From contig NW_021836172.1 of assembly GCF_006345805.1 (NCBI RefSeq), positions 1 through 64,000 of the forward strand: 64,000 nucleotides of DNA, read 5' to 3'. Numbering within the stretch: position 1 is the first letter of the stretch; every line of letters begins with the position of its first letter. The notes beneath the pieces were generated by a model. It ran no database searches. It saw only the letters and a program-made list of their open reading frames with translations, and was not told the origin of the DNA. Both the position numbers and the translations under genes were made by a program. This stretch comes from Octopus sinensis (taxonomy: Eukaryota). Positions 24,564 through 39,187 of the stretch are shown one piece after another.

Positions 24564-24648
24564 CGGTTTTTTTGACTATTTATTAAATTTTATGTATTGA
24601 TTAAGTCTTTCCTTGTTTGTTTTGCAAATAGTGGTTTTGTCTCAAATA

Positions 24649-25042
<394 letters not shown>

Positions 25043-25667
25043 TATGCATATATATACATATATACATACATATATGTATATGCACATGGCAGTGACGCGC
25101 ACACGTGCACAAACAAAGAAAGAAACAAAACGAGCGCAAATCCCTAGGGGGCAGAGTGAACGACTATTGAAAAAGTTGCAACACACAACGAAAATTTTAG
25201 AAAATTAGATAAGTAAATGAGTGGAAATCGAACCGGTGAGTGTGTTAAGCAATAAGGCACTAAAAGGGAATGGCTCTCCCCAGATACAATAAAATATGCT
25301 TCAACATACGAATTCATATAAAAAATCTTCTAAACCAAATACAAAAACAAAATGTTTATATATGTGTGTATGTGAGAGAGAAAGTGGGGGTTCGTTTTGA
25401 CTTATCTAGGCTTAGGTACCCAGATATTGGCTCCACAAGACCTTTTCGTTCCAGCAGGTCAAATGACCTTGTGATTAGCCGAATTCGTTGTTGTACTGTA
25501 TATTTTACTCATAAGGTATTGGAATCTTACATATATACCATTCTGCCTGAAAAATGGATCTACAACTTCAATATCCCTACATATCTTGCATCTATTTTCT
25601 TTCCTCCACCTCACTCTTTATTTTGTATCCTATCTAAACTAAATATGACTTAACCATCCTGTCACAC

Positions 25668-25721
25668 AGTCTCCGATGAAGGGATATAATTAATAAATAT
25701 CCTAGAAACAGCTGTGCGACC
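25668..25721 (+). ncRNA. Degenerate type I hammerhead
   Basis: agtct CCGATGA a-gggata-taattaataaa-tatcct-a GAAAC AGCT GTG cgacc: U4 to C and a G at the cleavage position, so probably inactive. Confidence 0.5.
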
Positions 25722-25938
25722 TTCTATCTATAAATGTTCCAATATCTACACACCCTTGGTTTTTTCATCTTATTACGATAAAAATTCTTATATATACACG
25801 CTGACATAGAACCAACTTTGAACCACTTATTCGCAAATTTACCGAACCTGGAATGGTCTGTCTATAGCACTCATTCAGCATTACCTGACAGCTTTGTGTC
25901 TCAATGACACCATTACCTCTTATAACCTCAATTTTTCG

Positions 25939-26018
<80 letters not shown>

Positions 26019-26059
26019 ATATAAAGTATGTATGTATGTATGTATATATGTATACTAGT

Positions 26060-26975
26060 TTAAAAGCCACTCTACCGGGCTTTTAAACTAGTATATGGGT
26101 TTTAAGCAAGTGTGTCCGAATGGGAAGATCTGCAAACAGATCTCTGACTTGTTTTGGAGAATTTGTTGCAATTGCTTCCTCCAGAGTCATATCCCAATGA
26201 TGACCATATTCCTCGCCAAAAAAATATTATGTAAAAAGAAATGGCCGAAAATAATCGCAATAATGAAAACATGGGAATCCAAAATTTCCAGATTCCACGT
26301 CCAGATTCAGCCCGGAATGATTTTAATTTACTCACACATTTGGTGTTTAGATTATAAAACTGTTATCGTACAAAAAATGTGTCGCCAAAAGGACTCGAGG
26401 GAAGTTTCTGGGATCCGTACGGGATTACTAAGAAGCTGTTCACTGAACCGAAGAGTTGAACTTTATCATGCACGAACGAAGAATTGGATGTTCATATGAA
26501 AGAAACCTAAAGTGATCCGCATCGTTTCCAGCCACAGTCACTTCTAAATGGGCAAAAGCATCTCTTAGAACCTGATATTGAATTTCACACTGGGGATATC
26601 AAGGAGAAAGAGGTGAATGATTTCGTGAGAAAAGCTAGAGCAAAGAGTGCCTCAGGAGATGACGGCGTCTCGTATAAAGTCTACAAGTACTGCAATCGTC
26701 TGCGAAAGAAGCTCTTCGTCCTACTCCGACAGCTGTAGCGCGAAGAGACTCTTGTAGAGGATTGGTGTAAGGCAGAAGGCATATACCGGCCGAAAGAGGT
26801 CAATGCAGAGACTATGAAACAGTTTAGGCCGATATCCTTATTGAATGTGAAAGACAAGATCTTAATACGAATTCTCTCGAGGAGAACAGTGACATATTTA
26901 CAGAATAACGGATATGTTGATGAATCTGTTCAAGAGGCTGGAATCTCTGGGATGCCTGGATGCGTTGATCACTGT
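26060..26975 (+). mobile_element. RLE-type non-LTR retrotransposon RT fragment (HERO/NeSL-like)
   Basis: FVRKARAKSASGDDGVSYKVYKYC...WCKAEGIYRPKE...KQFRPISLLNVKDKI...YLQNNGYVDESVQEAGISGMPGCVDH; the clade name is from recall. Confidence 0.75.
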
Positions 26976-27169
26976 TATATATATATATATATTTAATATA
27001 TTATTATTATTAATATAAGGAAATTAATATCCAAACTCATCATAAAGATATACTCGTGTGAAAGAACTTATTGTATTAAAGATATATATAAATAAATACA
27101 TCTAAAAATACGAAAATAATGTATAAAATAAATTTGATAGTTTAAAAGTTTTAAATTAATTATTTAAGC

Positions 27170-27259
27170 ATCTTACGATCGTTTCGCAGAAGAGCTGTCC
27201 CTATAATGATATCCTATATTGATAAGCATTTATAGACAACTCTTCTGCTCTTCAGAGAT
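27170..27259 (-). ncRNA. Type I hammerhead ribozyme with long stem II
   Basis: atct CTGAAGA gcagaagagttgtc-(35 nt)-gacagctcttctgc GAAAC GATC GTA agat: 14-bp stem II, perfect palindromic stem III (ACGATCGT). Confidence 0.9.
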
Positions 27260-28039
27260 ATAAAATATGAATATTGTATAATATATCGAATGATGTTTTT
27301 TTTTCAAAATTTGAAGTAAAATTTTAAAATAGTCTTTGTTTGAAATGCAAAATAAAAATTAAAAATTACTACTTTTGATGAGAGTTTTTAAATCCATATA
27401 TATTTCCTTTGATATTCTACTGCGATAATCCATAATATTCATACTCAAAATCCGTCATATTATCTTGTATTCCAGTATAGTTTCTTTTCAATTTGGAGTG
27501 GGTTTTTTCCCATTATTTCTTCAGTTTTTTACCATTGCCTAGCTACTGACATGAGACAGGAGTTCAAGGATGGTAACTTCTTTTAAGAAAATAATGGAGA
27601 AAATAATGAAGAAAGACGCGATGCTGTCATCACTAAAAGCATTTTTTTCTTAAGGTGCCAAGAAGGAAGATAGTGCGCGTGCGAGCGTGTGTATGTGTGT
27701 GTATATGTGTGCGTATGTGTGCCTATGAGTTCATGCACTGTGTAATTTCGGTGTTTTCCATTGAAAATAAAGTCAGCTTTCTTTTAATTTCGTGTCTTTG
27801 TATGAACAAACATTAGTACAATATTTACAAATTAGAAAAATAAGACCCACTGTTACAGAGATGAGTATCATGTTATAAATAGTGAATCAGAGACAACATG
27901 TATATATGTATATGTATTAAAGAAAGCAAAAAATAAAACAAAAATGATAGTGTTCAGTATGTTGGCGACGGGAATTTCTGTCAAAGAGACATGGTTAAAC
28001 AAAGTTGTACAACATTTCCCTCTTCCTCTCACATACCCA

Positions 28040-28078
<39 letters not shown>

Positions 28079-28937
28079 ATTATTAATCCCACTGCCACCA
28101 TCAACACTACTACTTTTAATGAAACATCAACAACTCTCCCTAAATTTCTTTATCTCTCTTTCCTTCTCTTTTTCTTTCTCTCTCTTTCTCACTGTCTGTC
28201 TTCGCCACCGCCCTCACAGTCTCTATGCCTACTATTACTCTCATCCCAGCATGAGGAATAATAGAAGTGTATTTGAATAGTGAGAGATTGGGTCTAAATG
28301 TGACACACTGGCACACATATATTAGTATTCGTATCTATTATATTAGATTCTTAGAAAATCTACCCCGCTTTAAAAATATAAGTAGTGTGGCAGATTCCTT
28401 TGACTAATCCCATCAACGTGGTGCCCCAGAATATCCGCAATCCACTGACTGGAGCAAGGAAAGATAAAAGATAAAAGATGAAACATATGTGTTTGCTATT
28501 TGTGTTCCCGTGTCTTAATATCACGCAAAAGTTGTAAACTTGAATCACCGTCATACAAGCGGGCTTCTATGTTTCTTGAAAACCTTTTCTGTCAGAGGAA
28601 CAGTTTTCTTCGCCTGAAGCAGGTGATGTTTGGTGTTTGTAACAGCATCTGACCATAGAAAATCTGTGTCACTGAATTCTGCCCGACCCATGCAACCGTG
28701 GCAATATGGACGTTAGAAGAATGATATTATACATGGGTGCGTATGTGTATGAGTGTGTGTGTACGCGTGTGAATGTGTGTGTATGTGTGTGAGTGTGTGC
28801 GAGAGTATATGTTTGTGTGTAATGCGTGTATGTGTGTGTATATGTTTGACTGCGTGTATCTGTTTGAGTGTGTTTATGTGTGTGAATGTGTGTATGTGTG
28901 TAAGTGTGAGAGTGAGAGTGAGTGAGTGTGTGTGAAA

Positions 28938-28969
<32 letters not shown>

Positions 28970-29560
28970 CGTAGAGTGAATGTGTGTGTGTTTGTTTCTT
29001 TGCCTTTATGCGTTTCTCACAGAAGTTTCTCCTAAGTGACTTGGTGTATTAAATCAAAGATCTTTATGACAAAATATTGCTAAAACTGTTTAATATTTGT
29101 ATTTCATTTACAAATGTTGTTCACATTTTTTACTTTAATCTTATGCTGTTTCAAGAGAATGTTGTGATTTAATTGACACCCGGTCAACCTCTGCATGAAT
29201 CAGCATATGTTTAGCTTGTTTAATGCCTTATATTGGAATAAAGAGACTGGATTAACTGAGGATGTCTGGGATCTTCGTCGCTTTGTAGCGGTCAAATCAA
29301 AGTGAAACATCGTTGATGCCCTCTCTGTGTTTTTAATACACTAAATTCCTTAAGCGAAGTCTATCCGAGACAAAACTCAGAACAAGCGCCGTTCTGAGTT
29401 TCTCTATGCATTATAAATGATCTACACACAAACTGTCATATATAGATGAGTACATACATGTAAACATTGGCAGTTATGTTGTATTAATATTGTTTCAGCC
29501 ATTATAAAAAAAACCGTATCAATGAATTCGTACAGAAAGAAGAAAAGTTTTGTTCCGTAC

Positions 29561-29719
29561 CCTATAGAGCTTATCATTCCTCATGGAGTAAAATACTACC
29601 CTTGCAAGGGTTGATCTTTGTTCGTCTTCCAGATGTTTTGGTAAACTCTTTGGTAAGGAAATAAAGGAAAGTGTCTGTATATCATCTTGTTGTTGGTCAG
29701 AGTATGAGTGGTTATAGAG
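29561..29719 (-). CDS. aGPCR exon: GAIN domain
   Basis: LYNHSYSDQQQDDIQTLSFISLPKSLPKHLEDEQRSTLARVVFYSMRNDKLYR; polypyrimidine+cag acceptor, gtacgg donor, 159 nt. Confidence 0.9.
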
Positions 29720-30009
29720 CTGGTAGAGAAAAATAAAATGAAAATTGAAATTCATAAATAATAAATAACACTACGACAACTGTTGCTGTTGTTATTGTTG
29801 TAACCTCTTCTTCCACAACAACTTCAATATTACAACACATATCATAATAGCTAAAACTATCAATACCAAAAACTACCACTGTCTCGTTCATAAGCAACCA
29901 TTGGGGGGTTCTGTAAGAAGCACACATACAACCAAATACATGAGTATACCCCCAGAGCTATACATAATTACACATTGACACTAATGTCCATTTCACTGCA
30001 TTGGTTGAC

Positions 30010-30048
<39 letters not shown>

Positions 30049-30270
30049 ATAAGATCGATATTTAAATACCAATCTTATCAGGTGGTCAGCATGGGAATAA
30101 AGAACTTCAAAGGTAATAATTATTTAAAATTATAATTTAGGGTATCTAAGAGATGCCACCACGCGGGAAATAGCAGCCAAAACTTGACGCTAAAATCACA
30201 TTAAATATTCATACAGCACCAGGAGAGAAGACAAAAAGACAAAATAAATTAGCAAAAAAGTTACTGGATA

Positions 30271-30329
30271 ATTCCAGATCCCGGATTTCTGAATTTGCAT
30301 AAGAAATGCTTTGCCTTCATCAGTGGAAT
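30271..30329 (-). ncRNA. Type I hammerhead-like motif with weak stem II
   Basis: attcca CTGATGA aggcaaagcatttcttatgcaaattca GAAA TCCGGGA TC tggaat: 6-bp stem I and intact core; adjacent 30045-30230 resembles 37280-37450. Confidence 0.6.
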
Positions 30330-30354
30330 ACACTGAGGTAGCGCATAAATACAA

Positions 30355-30405
<51 letters not shown>

Positions 30406-30408
<3 letters not shown>

Positions 30409-30556
30409 AAATGTAAAATGTGACAATTATTCGGTAGCCATGATAAAACTCCGAGTTTCGGATACCGAGGTGGAAATCCACGCCGCAATCCTTCCGGCAT
30501 CCGAAACTCGGAGTTTTATCATGACTACCGAATAATTGTCACATATTACATTTACA
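30406..30556. mobile_element. Palindromic MITE-like element
   Basis: ~60-bp arms tgtaaatgtaa.atgtgacaattattcggtag.catgataaaactccgagtttcggat in inverted orientation. Confidence 0.8.
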
Positions 30557-30848
30557 GATACATTCCTATATTTACATAATATCCAGGTCTCTTTCATTCT
30601 TTTGCTGTCTTACCATTTTTATCAATATATATATATATATATACAACAAACGAAACATATACGAACGTATACATACATATATATGCATGTGTGCACACGA
30701 CCAGTTTAAATTGTCCGCCTTAAAACTCCTCGTGCGATATGATCAGAATACCACCGCAGTGAATATAATGACGAAATAAATATATAAATTTATATAAATA
30801 AGGATAAGATTGAATTTTTAAATACATACATACATACATACATATACA

Positions 30849-30880
<32 letters not shown>

Positions 30881-32449
30881 CATATATAAACACACGTTTG
30901 TATGTATGCATATAATCTCACCCGCGAGTGTATGTGTGTATTGGTTGACGGCAGCTGTAAATACATATAAATAACGTTGTTCCGCTCACCATTGTTACCA
31001 TATTTATAACATTTTTTCTAAATATTTTGACCTGCAACTTCATTGAAATCTATAATTTTCTGTCTTCCATCAGTTTCTCCCATCTATTCTCCTCATGACG
31101 TTAATATTTCTGCAATGACTGGTTTATTTCCATGCACTGTGCAATCTTTCCATGGCAACTCATGTCGAAATCAACTCGTTTAACGCTTCAAAAAGTATCA
31201 AGCTGATTGACTTTTCTGTTTCGCCGAAAACCATAATACCATGTTAAGTAGGATAGATGTAGAAAACAAGGATATAGAAAAGATGATGGAGAGGCAGAAG
31301 AATTTGAAAAGATAATTAACCTAGTATCTCTTTAACAATTAGACTCATTAATATAAGTAAATATAAACAGAAGAGTCGTCGTCCATAGACAAAGTTGTTG
31401 AATGGTTAGTTTTGAGAGTCTTGCATTTTGTGGTCGCCACAGAAATTCTAAGCCACTTAGTAGCAGACAGGTTGTCTACACATCACAAGAAATGTTTTAT
31501 AGTGAAGAACACAACTTTCTGTACTTTTCTGTGGTTGTCTTAATAATTTGTCATCAAATATATTAAGATTTAAAAATAAATATGAAAGATCTTTTATAAC
31601 GAGACTACACTGTTGTGTTTTGGACATTTAACTGGACGACTTTTGGTGTTTAATTGCAAATGCATGATATTATATATTAATGGACGTATATATAAATGTT
31701 GAGTGGTGAGAACGGACTGTATTGGTGTGTGTGTATGTATTTATGTGTACATATAAATATGAATCAGTCTGCATGAACGAGAATGTGCATATATGTTGAG
31801 AAAAAAACTGGGCAAAATGAATGAGATATAAGGTGCAAGAGAGAAAGAGGGCGTCGGCACTGGTATAGTCAAGAAGGTTGGGAGGCAGTAGTGAAAAACC
31901 AACCTGCGATTGCTGAGTCTCTCCCTGAAAATGACCCGAAAAGAATCGTCATTCTAAAGCAAATTTGGATTTTAAAAGCATATCTTCATTATCTATTCCC
32001 ACGGATTCAATCTGTATCTGTCAAACCTCCCCACCAACTCATCTGCACATCACCCACACTACGATCACCCCTGACTATGGCATAATTCCTCAGTTGCTCT
32101 AATTATATAGGAGCCGAACTGCACATATTCCATCCCCTTTTGTGCTACTAATTATCCCTTTCCTTGGAATCACTTCTTTTATCCCTCATCTAACACTTCT
32201 ATCACATACAAACAACAAAGATTTTGTTACAGAAGACCAAATAAGTGTTCCTCGCTTATTTTGCTATTCTCATTTTAAATCTATAATTACATTTTTTTCT
32301 ATAATGTCTGGATTTTGTGTGAAATGCCAATCACTTAATAAGATTTCTTACCACGTCCAGATTTTGGTTTTAATAATCTTAATGCCAGTGATATGGTGTT
32401 TGCTTTTCAAGGTGAAAGCAATTTTTGCTTGACAACTATATGCAGATTC

Positions 32450-33770
32450 TAATGATTCTGATCAATAAAATTTATCCCGAGTTAGCCACACTGAGTCAAG
32501 AGTTGCCAATTGCCCAACGGTCAGTTGCTGCATGACAGCCAAGTAGATTCGTTGTTGAAGACAGCAGTTCACCAGAAGAGTTTGATAGTGAAATAGAAAT
32601 AGGGGAAAGAATGGCATATATTTTCCAGATGCAACTAGCTCCCTACATTTGGGAAGCCAAATGGAGTTAAATGACATAGTGTCCAATTTGGAATTATTAA
32701 AAGAAAAGGTAGAGTTGCACGGTTCCAGACCTCAAGATCGGAATTTTCTCCAGCGAAACTCCAAAGTTCCTATTCGCCATCTGCAGTTTTCATCATTTTA
32801 CTTAGACGAGGACAACATTTGTTTCTGCCACGATATCAGTGGTTTGAGGGAAAGGATTGACTTTTGCTATGATCCAAAACTATGGAGACTGTCTATTGAC
32901 TCTAGGGAAGCTTGTCTTAAAGCTCTATTACTGTACAACGGCAATGAAAGTCTTTCAATATCTTTAGCCACTGATCTTAATGAGACTTATGAATTAGTGG
33001 AACTGCTACTAAGCTTCATCAAATATAAGGACCACATATGTAGTATTTGTGACAACCTTAAAGTTGTATTATTACTTCTTGGGTTATAGTTGGGCTACAG
33101 AAAGCATATCTGCTTTTTGTGTCCATGGAACTGCAGAGATGAAAATACTACAAAAAACCTGATTGTCCAGTTCTAGATGAACTGAACATGTTGTTGTTAA
33201 ACACAGTGTGAAATACCAAGCACTTATTGACCCTCAGAAAGTCCATTCTCTACCACTTCACATTAAACTTGGCCCTTTGAACAATTTCATGAAGAGTATG
33301 GATGATCAATGTACTGGTTTCCAATAATTAAAGGATAAATTCAAAGGAATTTTGACGGATGCTCAATTAGAAACTGGAGGTTTCACTCAACCTCAAATCC
33401 GCAGTGTCATCCTCGACTCATCGTTTACATTTAATTTAAATTAGCATAAACTGGGAGAATAGACATCTTTCGTTGGAGTTGTCAAAAATTGTTTTGGAAA
33501 CTACCAAGCTGAAATCCACTGTGAACTCTTAGAAAACGTTTAAATCTTATGACAAAATGGGATGCAGAATGCATTTGAAAATACCTTATTTACATTCTCA
33601 TATTGACTTCTTGATGGCCAACCTTGGGGCTGAGCGACAAGACTGGTGAGCGCTTCCATCAACAGATCTCGGGGAAAACTGATGCCAAGTTAATTTCCAC
33701 CCAAATATGATGGGTGATTATTGTTGGTTCCTGCAGAAGGAGAACCCGTCTTCATGCAAATGACAAAGTA
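32450..33770 (+). mobile_element. Degraded DNA transposase, Chapaev3-like (CMC)
   Basis: LNDIVSNLELLKEKVEL.GSR, YDPKLWRLSIDS..CLKALLLYNGN, CDNLKV..LLG, CFLC, LIDPQKV..LPLHIKLG, GERFHQQI, MMGDYCW; the superfamily name is from recall. Confidence 0.65.
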
Positions 33771-35019
33771 AGAGGAAATACCAAAGTTTCCCTTAGGAAC
33801 AGGAAGTAGTCTTTCGGTTGTAACAAGAAAATACTAACGCGCTTTGGGTGGTTGGTTGGGCGGAGGGATGGTAATTCCACCAACGGAATTTTGTTTTAAG
33901 CTGGAAGAAGGGTGAAAGGCACTCCTGGTCACAAATTATTTAAGTATGGCCTGGGAAATTACTTAGACGGCTTTCGTAACAGGAGAGGATGAGAAGAGAA
34001 TTAAACAGAAGGATTTCTATGACACAAAATATGGTTGTGATAGAACAATTTAGATCTCAGATGTGAAATTAGCATTGGATAGGAATCAGTAATTAGCGTG
34101 TGTGTAACAAAGAAGTTGAGGTTTGTTACCTTGCATTATCATCCTTTTGTTCCCTATTTCCAATGAACGTTTCTTTGCCCTGAATACCCTCTTACATCTG
34201 CCATCGAAATCCCTTTACTTTTCGTCACTCAATATATCCAGTCCTACGTGCCTCTTACCTCTATCTCTGTCACTGTGCAACTTCTCTATCCTCTGCACTT
34301 CGCATTATCTCACTATATCTTAACTATCAATGGTTTTATTTAAATTCTTGCTCCCCGCCGTTTTCTCTTCTTTTTTTGCTTTGTCACCAATCTCCTCCTC
34401 CTCCTCTATTTCCATTACCTTCCCCAAAACTGAGATTCTCCATTGCCCACCCCTCCAATCATGTCAACCACTCACAATTCAATTACATCCTCATCTCTAC
34501 CAACTATCACTCTGCTTTCACACTCACCAACCGACCTACACACGCATTCTCGATTCTCTCCCCTATTTCTTCTCTGTCCCCCCCTTGTATCTTGGTGGTA
34601 CTCTCTGACGCCTCATCTCCGCTCTCCTTCTCTTTTTCCATCTGGGATATCCATGCATCTCCTCCACCGTAAGACGCATAGTCTTATCTCTCTATTATAC
34701 TTTAACCTCCCGATACTTGCCATAGAGGCACCTCCCTCAATACTGCACCCCTCCTAATCTGTTAAAGGGATTGTCGTGGGCCTTACTTGGTCTCCTCACT
34801 AATGCTGGTGCCAAAATACAACTCCCAACATACTTGGTAAAATGGTTGGCTTCAGGAAGGCAGTCCAGCCGCAGGAGTCAGGCAAAATCAGACATTGGAG
34901 GTTAATTGCAGCCCTCTCACTGGTCGGATTTTGTCGAATAGTCGAACCCATGCCAGCATGCAATACGTTAATTGATGATAATGACAATATATTCATACGC
35001 ATATACACCCATCTAATAC

Positions 35020-37135
35020 ATAAATGTACATCAGTATGACACAAGAAGAAAGATGTGGAAAATAAAAGATCCTGCAATTAGGAATAGATTTAGAGAAATC
35101 TACAGACACTTATCAGAAAAACTGATACTTATGGTTGCAAGGAATTCGATTTAGACATTTGTACTTATAGGTGAAACCTGGACATTTGTACGAAATTTCT
35201 AGCTCAATGCTACGGAACAGACACGTGGCTGGAGCAAAGTCATGACTAAACCGAAAGATATTTGGTGGTGAAACGTTACGGTTGGTAGGTCAGTAAAGGC
35301 TAAGAGAGACATGGAAAGCCAGGAAGGAAGATGGTAGTAGGGAGCGATATCGCATGTTAGAAGCGCAGCTAAGGGACAGGTATATTTAGCGAGGGATAAG
35401 ACAGAGAAAAGGGGATTAGTGCTTGTCCAGAAATGTGAAGATCAGAGGCGCAAAGGTGTTTAGGATCGCGGGACTGAAAGAAGGAACCAAAATGTCTTTT
35501 ATTGATAACTGTTTTCAGAGCAATGACGGTGTATTCGCCATTGCCAGGGAACTCAAAATAGGGCCAAGGAGTGCAACAACGAGAGGTTGCTCAGTGTGGA
35601 GAACTCATGCGAGAAACTTGAAGAGATAGAAAAGTGCAAGTCCATCAGGGACAGTTGTGAAGATACTCAAAATAGCCGGTGAGGTAGGGTTCAAGATAAC
35701 CACCCGGATACTTATTCAAATTATTACAAGATGGAATCAGACTCAATGAATAGCTTAGCTGTATCGTCGTAAAATACCACAAAGTTAACGAAGATACCTC
35801 AGATAAAAGTTGTACATGAATCAAATTACCGGATCAGGTTATGATAGTCATAGCACAAGTGATTTGTGCTAGGAGAGACCTAGACGAAATACTGGAAGAG
35901 GTACTATAGATGTAACCTTTTTGGTGGGAGGATGCAAGAGAAATACTGAACTAAGAGTAAACTATTATTTCTGGCCTTCCTTGATGTGAGGGAGGCATTT
36001 CTTAAGGTACCACGTACATTATTCCGGTGGTCACTAAGAAAACTAGGCGCTTCCTAAAGCCTATGTGATAGCTGTACAAGCCATATACAAAAGTTCAGTA
36101 AGAAAGTGAGAATCAACAACGACTTTAGTGGAGAATTTAGCGTGAAAGCTAGAGTCCATCAATGCTCAGTCTTTAGTCCTTTTCTATTCAACGTTGTCTT
36201 ATAGACCATCACACAGGAGTTTAAGGCTGGCTGTCCACGGGAATTTCTACATGCTGATAACCTAGTTGGATCTATAGGAAAAATTCCAGGCATGGAAGCT
36301 AAACCTTGATTTGGGAGTTTTTAAGGTAATCTTAGCAAAGGTAAGAGTTTTAGTAAGCAGAAAAGAAGGCAGGACCCTGGTATTTTCAGGGAAACAACAT
36401 TGCTGTGTATGCCGAAAAGTTGTAGATATACTCTCCATACGCTGTACTTAGTGTAAGCTATGAACAGAAGAGAGATGTAGTGACGTAATGGAATCGCAGG
36501 CAGACGGCAGGTATATAAGCTTCTCGTGGAATATTACGTGTTATGAGTTCATGAGAAATAGTCTCCCTTGAATTGCTGAACGACTCACTAGAGTTGATCG
36601 ATTGCGTTACCTCGGACATGGTTGCTCGGGAATTGTTGTAGCCAGAGTAAGAAAAGGCTGGAGAAAGTTCAGGGAACTACTACCGCTTCTGGCAACAAAG
36701 GTCTTTCCTCACAGAGTGAAGGACAGATTGTTTGATGCTTAGTGTCAGAACGGCAATGCAACATGATAGATTGACATGGGCTTTGAATGAAGAGGACGGG
36801 AAAAGACTGGAAAGAGATGAAGCAAGCATGTTCCGTTGGATGTGCAATATGATTGCGCTTAAACGATGGGCTGAGAGAAAAACTTGGCTTTAGAGGAATG
36901 GTATTTAGTGTGCAAGAAAGAAGAGTGCGCTGGTATGGAGACGCGATGCGTTTGGATGAGGACAACTGTATAAAGAAGAGCTGATCACAAAATGTGGCTG
37001 GAACTTGTGGACGAGGGAGACTAAGAAAGATATTGGAGGAAATGGTGCAGGCTGGCCTCAGGACCCTGAGACTCACAGAGACGACAAAGGACTTGGATGT
37101 CTGGATGTGGTTCTAGAAACGACACGCTTATCACG
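35020..37135 (+). mobile_element. Degraded RTE-clade LINE
   Basis: Remnant motifs WW.N, VHQCSVFSPFLF, HADNL and GWRKFRELLPLL in shifted frames. Confidence 0.8.
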
Positions 37136-38199
37136 GCCAAACTGACGCTTGAAAGCACTATGTGTATATATTGTATATACGTGCTCAAATACACATATGT
37201 ATATTATATATTATATATGTGCACAATATATATATGTATATGTGCACAATATATATATATATATATATATTAATATAAATTAGGATAAGATCGTTAATTT
37301 AAATTAGATAACGATCTAATCAAGTGGCCAGAATGGAAATAAAAACCTTCAAAGGTCATAATTATAATTAAAATTATAACCAAGAGTATCTACGAGATAC
37401 CGCCATGCTGAAAATAGCAGCCAGGATCTGACTCTAAGATCACATTAAGTGTTCACAATCTCCTATTCATATCGAGCCTGCCACCGCTTCTTCTGAGGTG
37501 CTCTGCCCCTCATACCACTTCTTGTTTTCCAAAACTTCGCGCTTCGTAGCCATTCTTCATTTACGTCAATATTATTCTCTCCATCAAAACGCTCCACTGA
37601 TTTCTTCTATTCTCCCCCACACTGGACCCCTGAATCCTACCCGCATGCACTACACCTTGTTCTCTGTCTCTCTCTCTCTCTCTTTCCTTCACTATCTCCT
37701 CTAGCCTACCCAAACACGTAATCTCTCTGCTGACCTCCGCTTGGCAACTCTATCATCTCTACCATCTTGTTACTGCTTTCTTTTGTCATTTCTCTCCCCC
37801 CCCCAACCATTTCATGCACTATTATCCGTCCCTACCCGCTACACTCACCCTTCATCTCTATCCACTCCTTACATACGTGGTCAATCTCTACAATCCCCGC
37901 AATTTCCTAATCCATAAACTTCGCGATACCCCCTCCATTCGCACCCCTATTTTCCCTACCCCCATTCACCTCTACTCATCTCATACCTTCAGCTTCACCC
38001 TCTACATCTCATCCCCTTTATCACTTCGCATCTATTACTCATTCATTTCTCAATCTTTCCACATAAATGTGAGTAACCGTGTTGCTCCTCTGCAACAAGA
38101 ATCTCTTCTGCCCCAAATATATTCTCTCATACCACAACCATTATCTGCTAGAATAAAGCTCCTACCCGGGGTTTCCTACGTTTACAAGCTGCATGGCGT

Positions 38200-38540
38200 C
38201 CTCACTTGTGCCATGAGTAAAGGCAAAGAACCCCTTCTTTCATCAATGACCATGGGATTGCGCCCAGGAAGTTCCCCTCCGAGGCACCAGCCCGGGCGAG
38301 GTTGTTTGTGGAGTCGTTCATGCATATCGGCCTCCCTCCACACCAATGTTATCCAGGGGAAAGGCAAAAACCGATACAGCTTTGCATCAGTCACCTCGCA
38401 ACTCATTTCTACAGCTGAGCGAACTTGAGCAACGTAAAATAAAGTGACTTGCTCAACAAAACAACACACAGCCCAGTCTGGGAATCGAACTCATTACCTC
38501 ATGGTTGTGAGACCAACATACTAAAGACTGAGCCATGCGC
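38200..38540 (-). mobile_element. tRNA-SINE (family B), reverse copy
   Basis: Reverse complement of 13015-13345. Confidence 0.8.
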
Positions 38541-38969
38541 CTTCAGCACTGCCAATGGCATGCGAAAGGCATCCAGTCCGCTCTGTAAAGTGGGTGACGT
38601 TAGTGGGGGGGGGGGCAACAGCCATCCGCAGAAATCAAGCCAAAGCTGACACTGTAGCACAATACAGTCCCTGGGGAGACCGGATTCTGTCAATCCATTC
38701 AACTCACGCCAGCATGAAACATGGACGTTAAATGATGATGATGATGAGGAGGAGGATGATGATGATCATGAGGATGATATAATATAGATGAAACTCGCAC
38801 AAATGATGATGATGTAATATAGGTGAAACTCGCACAAAATTGTTATTGTTTTCTGATGAAGCAAACGATTAGAAAAATAATGCCGTCAGTTGTAAGTTCT
38901 AATTATTAGGTTAGCATTGCAGCTGATTTGTTTAATCTGTATGCTATGTATGTGAGTGTGTGTGAGTGT

Positions 38970-39010
<41 letters not shown>

Positions 39011-39187
39011 GTGTGTGCGTGTGTGTGTTTTATATTTAAAATTGTAAGTTGCATCAGATAATGTGTATACAATAACTAGTTTATACGTCAATAAATGAAA
39101 TTATATTCCAATTCAAATGTATTCCATCAATTCGGGTGTTTATAACAAAATGGTTAACGAGAGAGTAATCATGAGAACATTTGGTAC

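Noticed and set aside
37460-37500. Hammerhead-like motif on the minus strand (CAGAAGA agc..gct cGATA)
   Set aside because: Two core substitutions and an ambiguous stem I; too decayed to call
37500-38170. Long pyrimidine-rich ORFs (also 34123-34757 and 19784-20104)
   Set aside because: Low-complexity CT/GA-skewed repeat remnants; open frames arise from scarcity of stop codons
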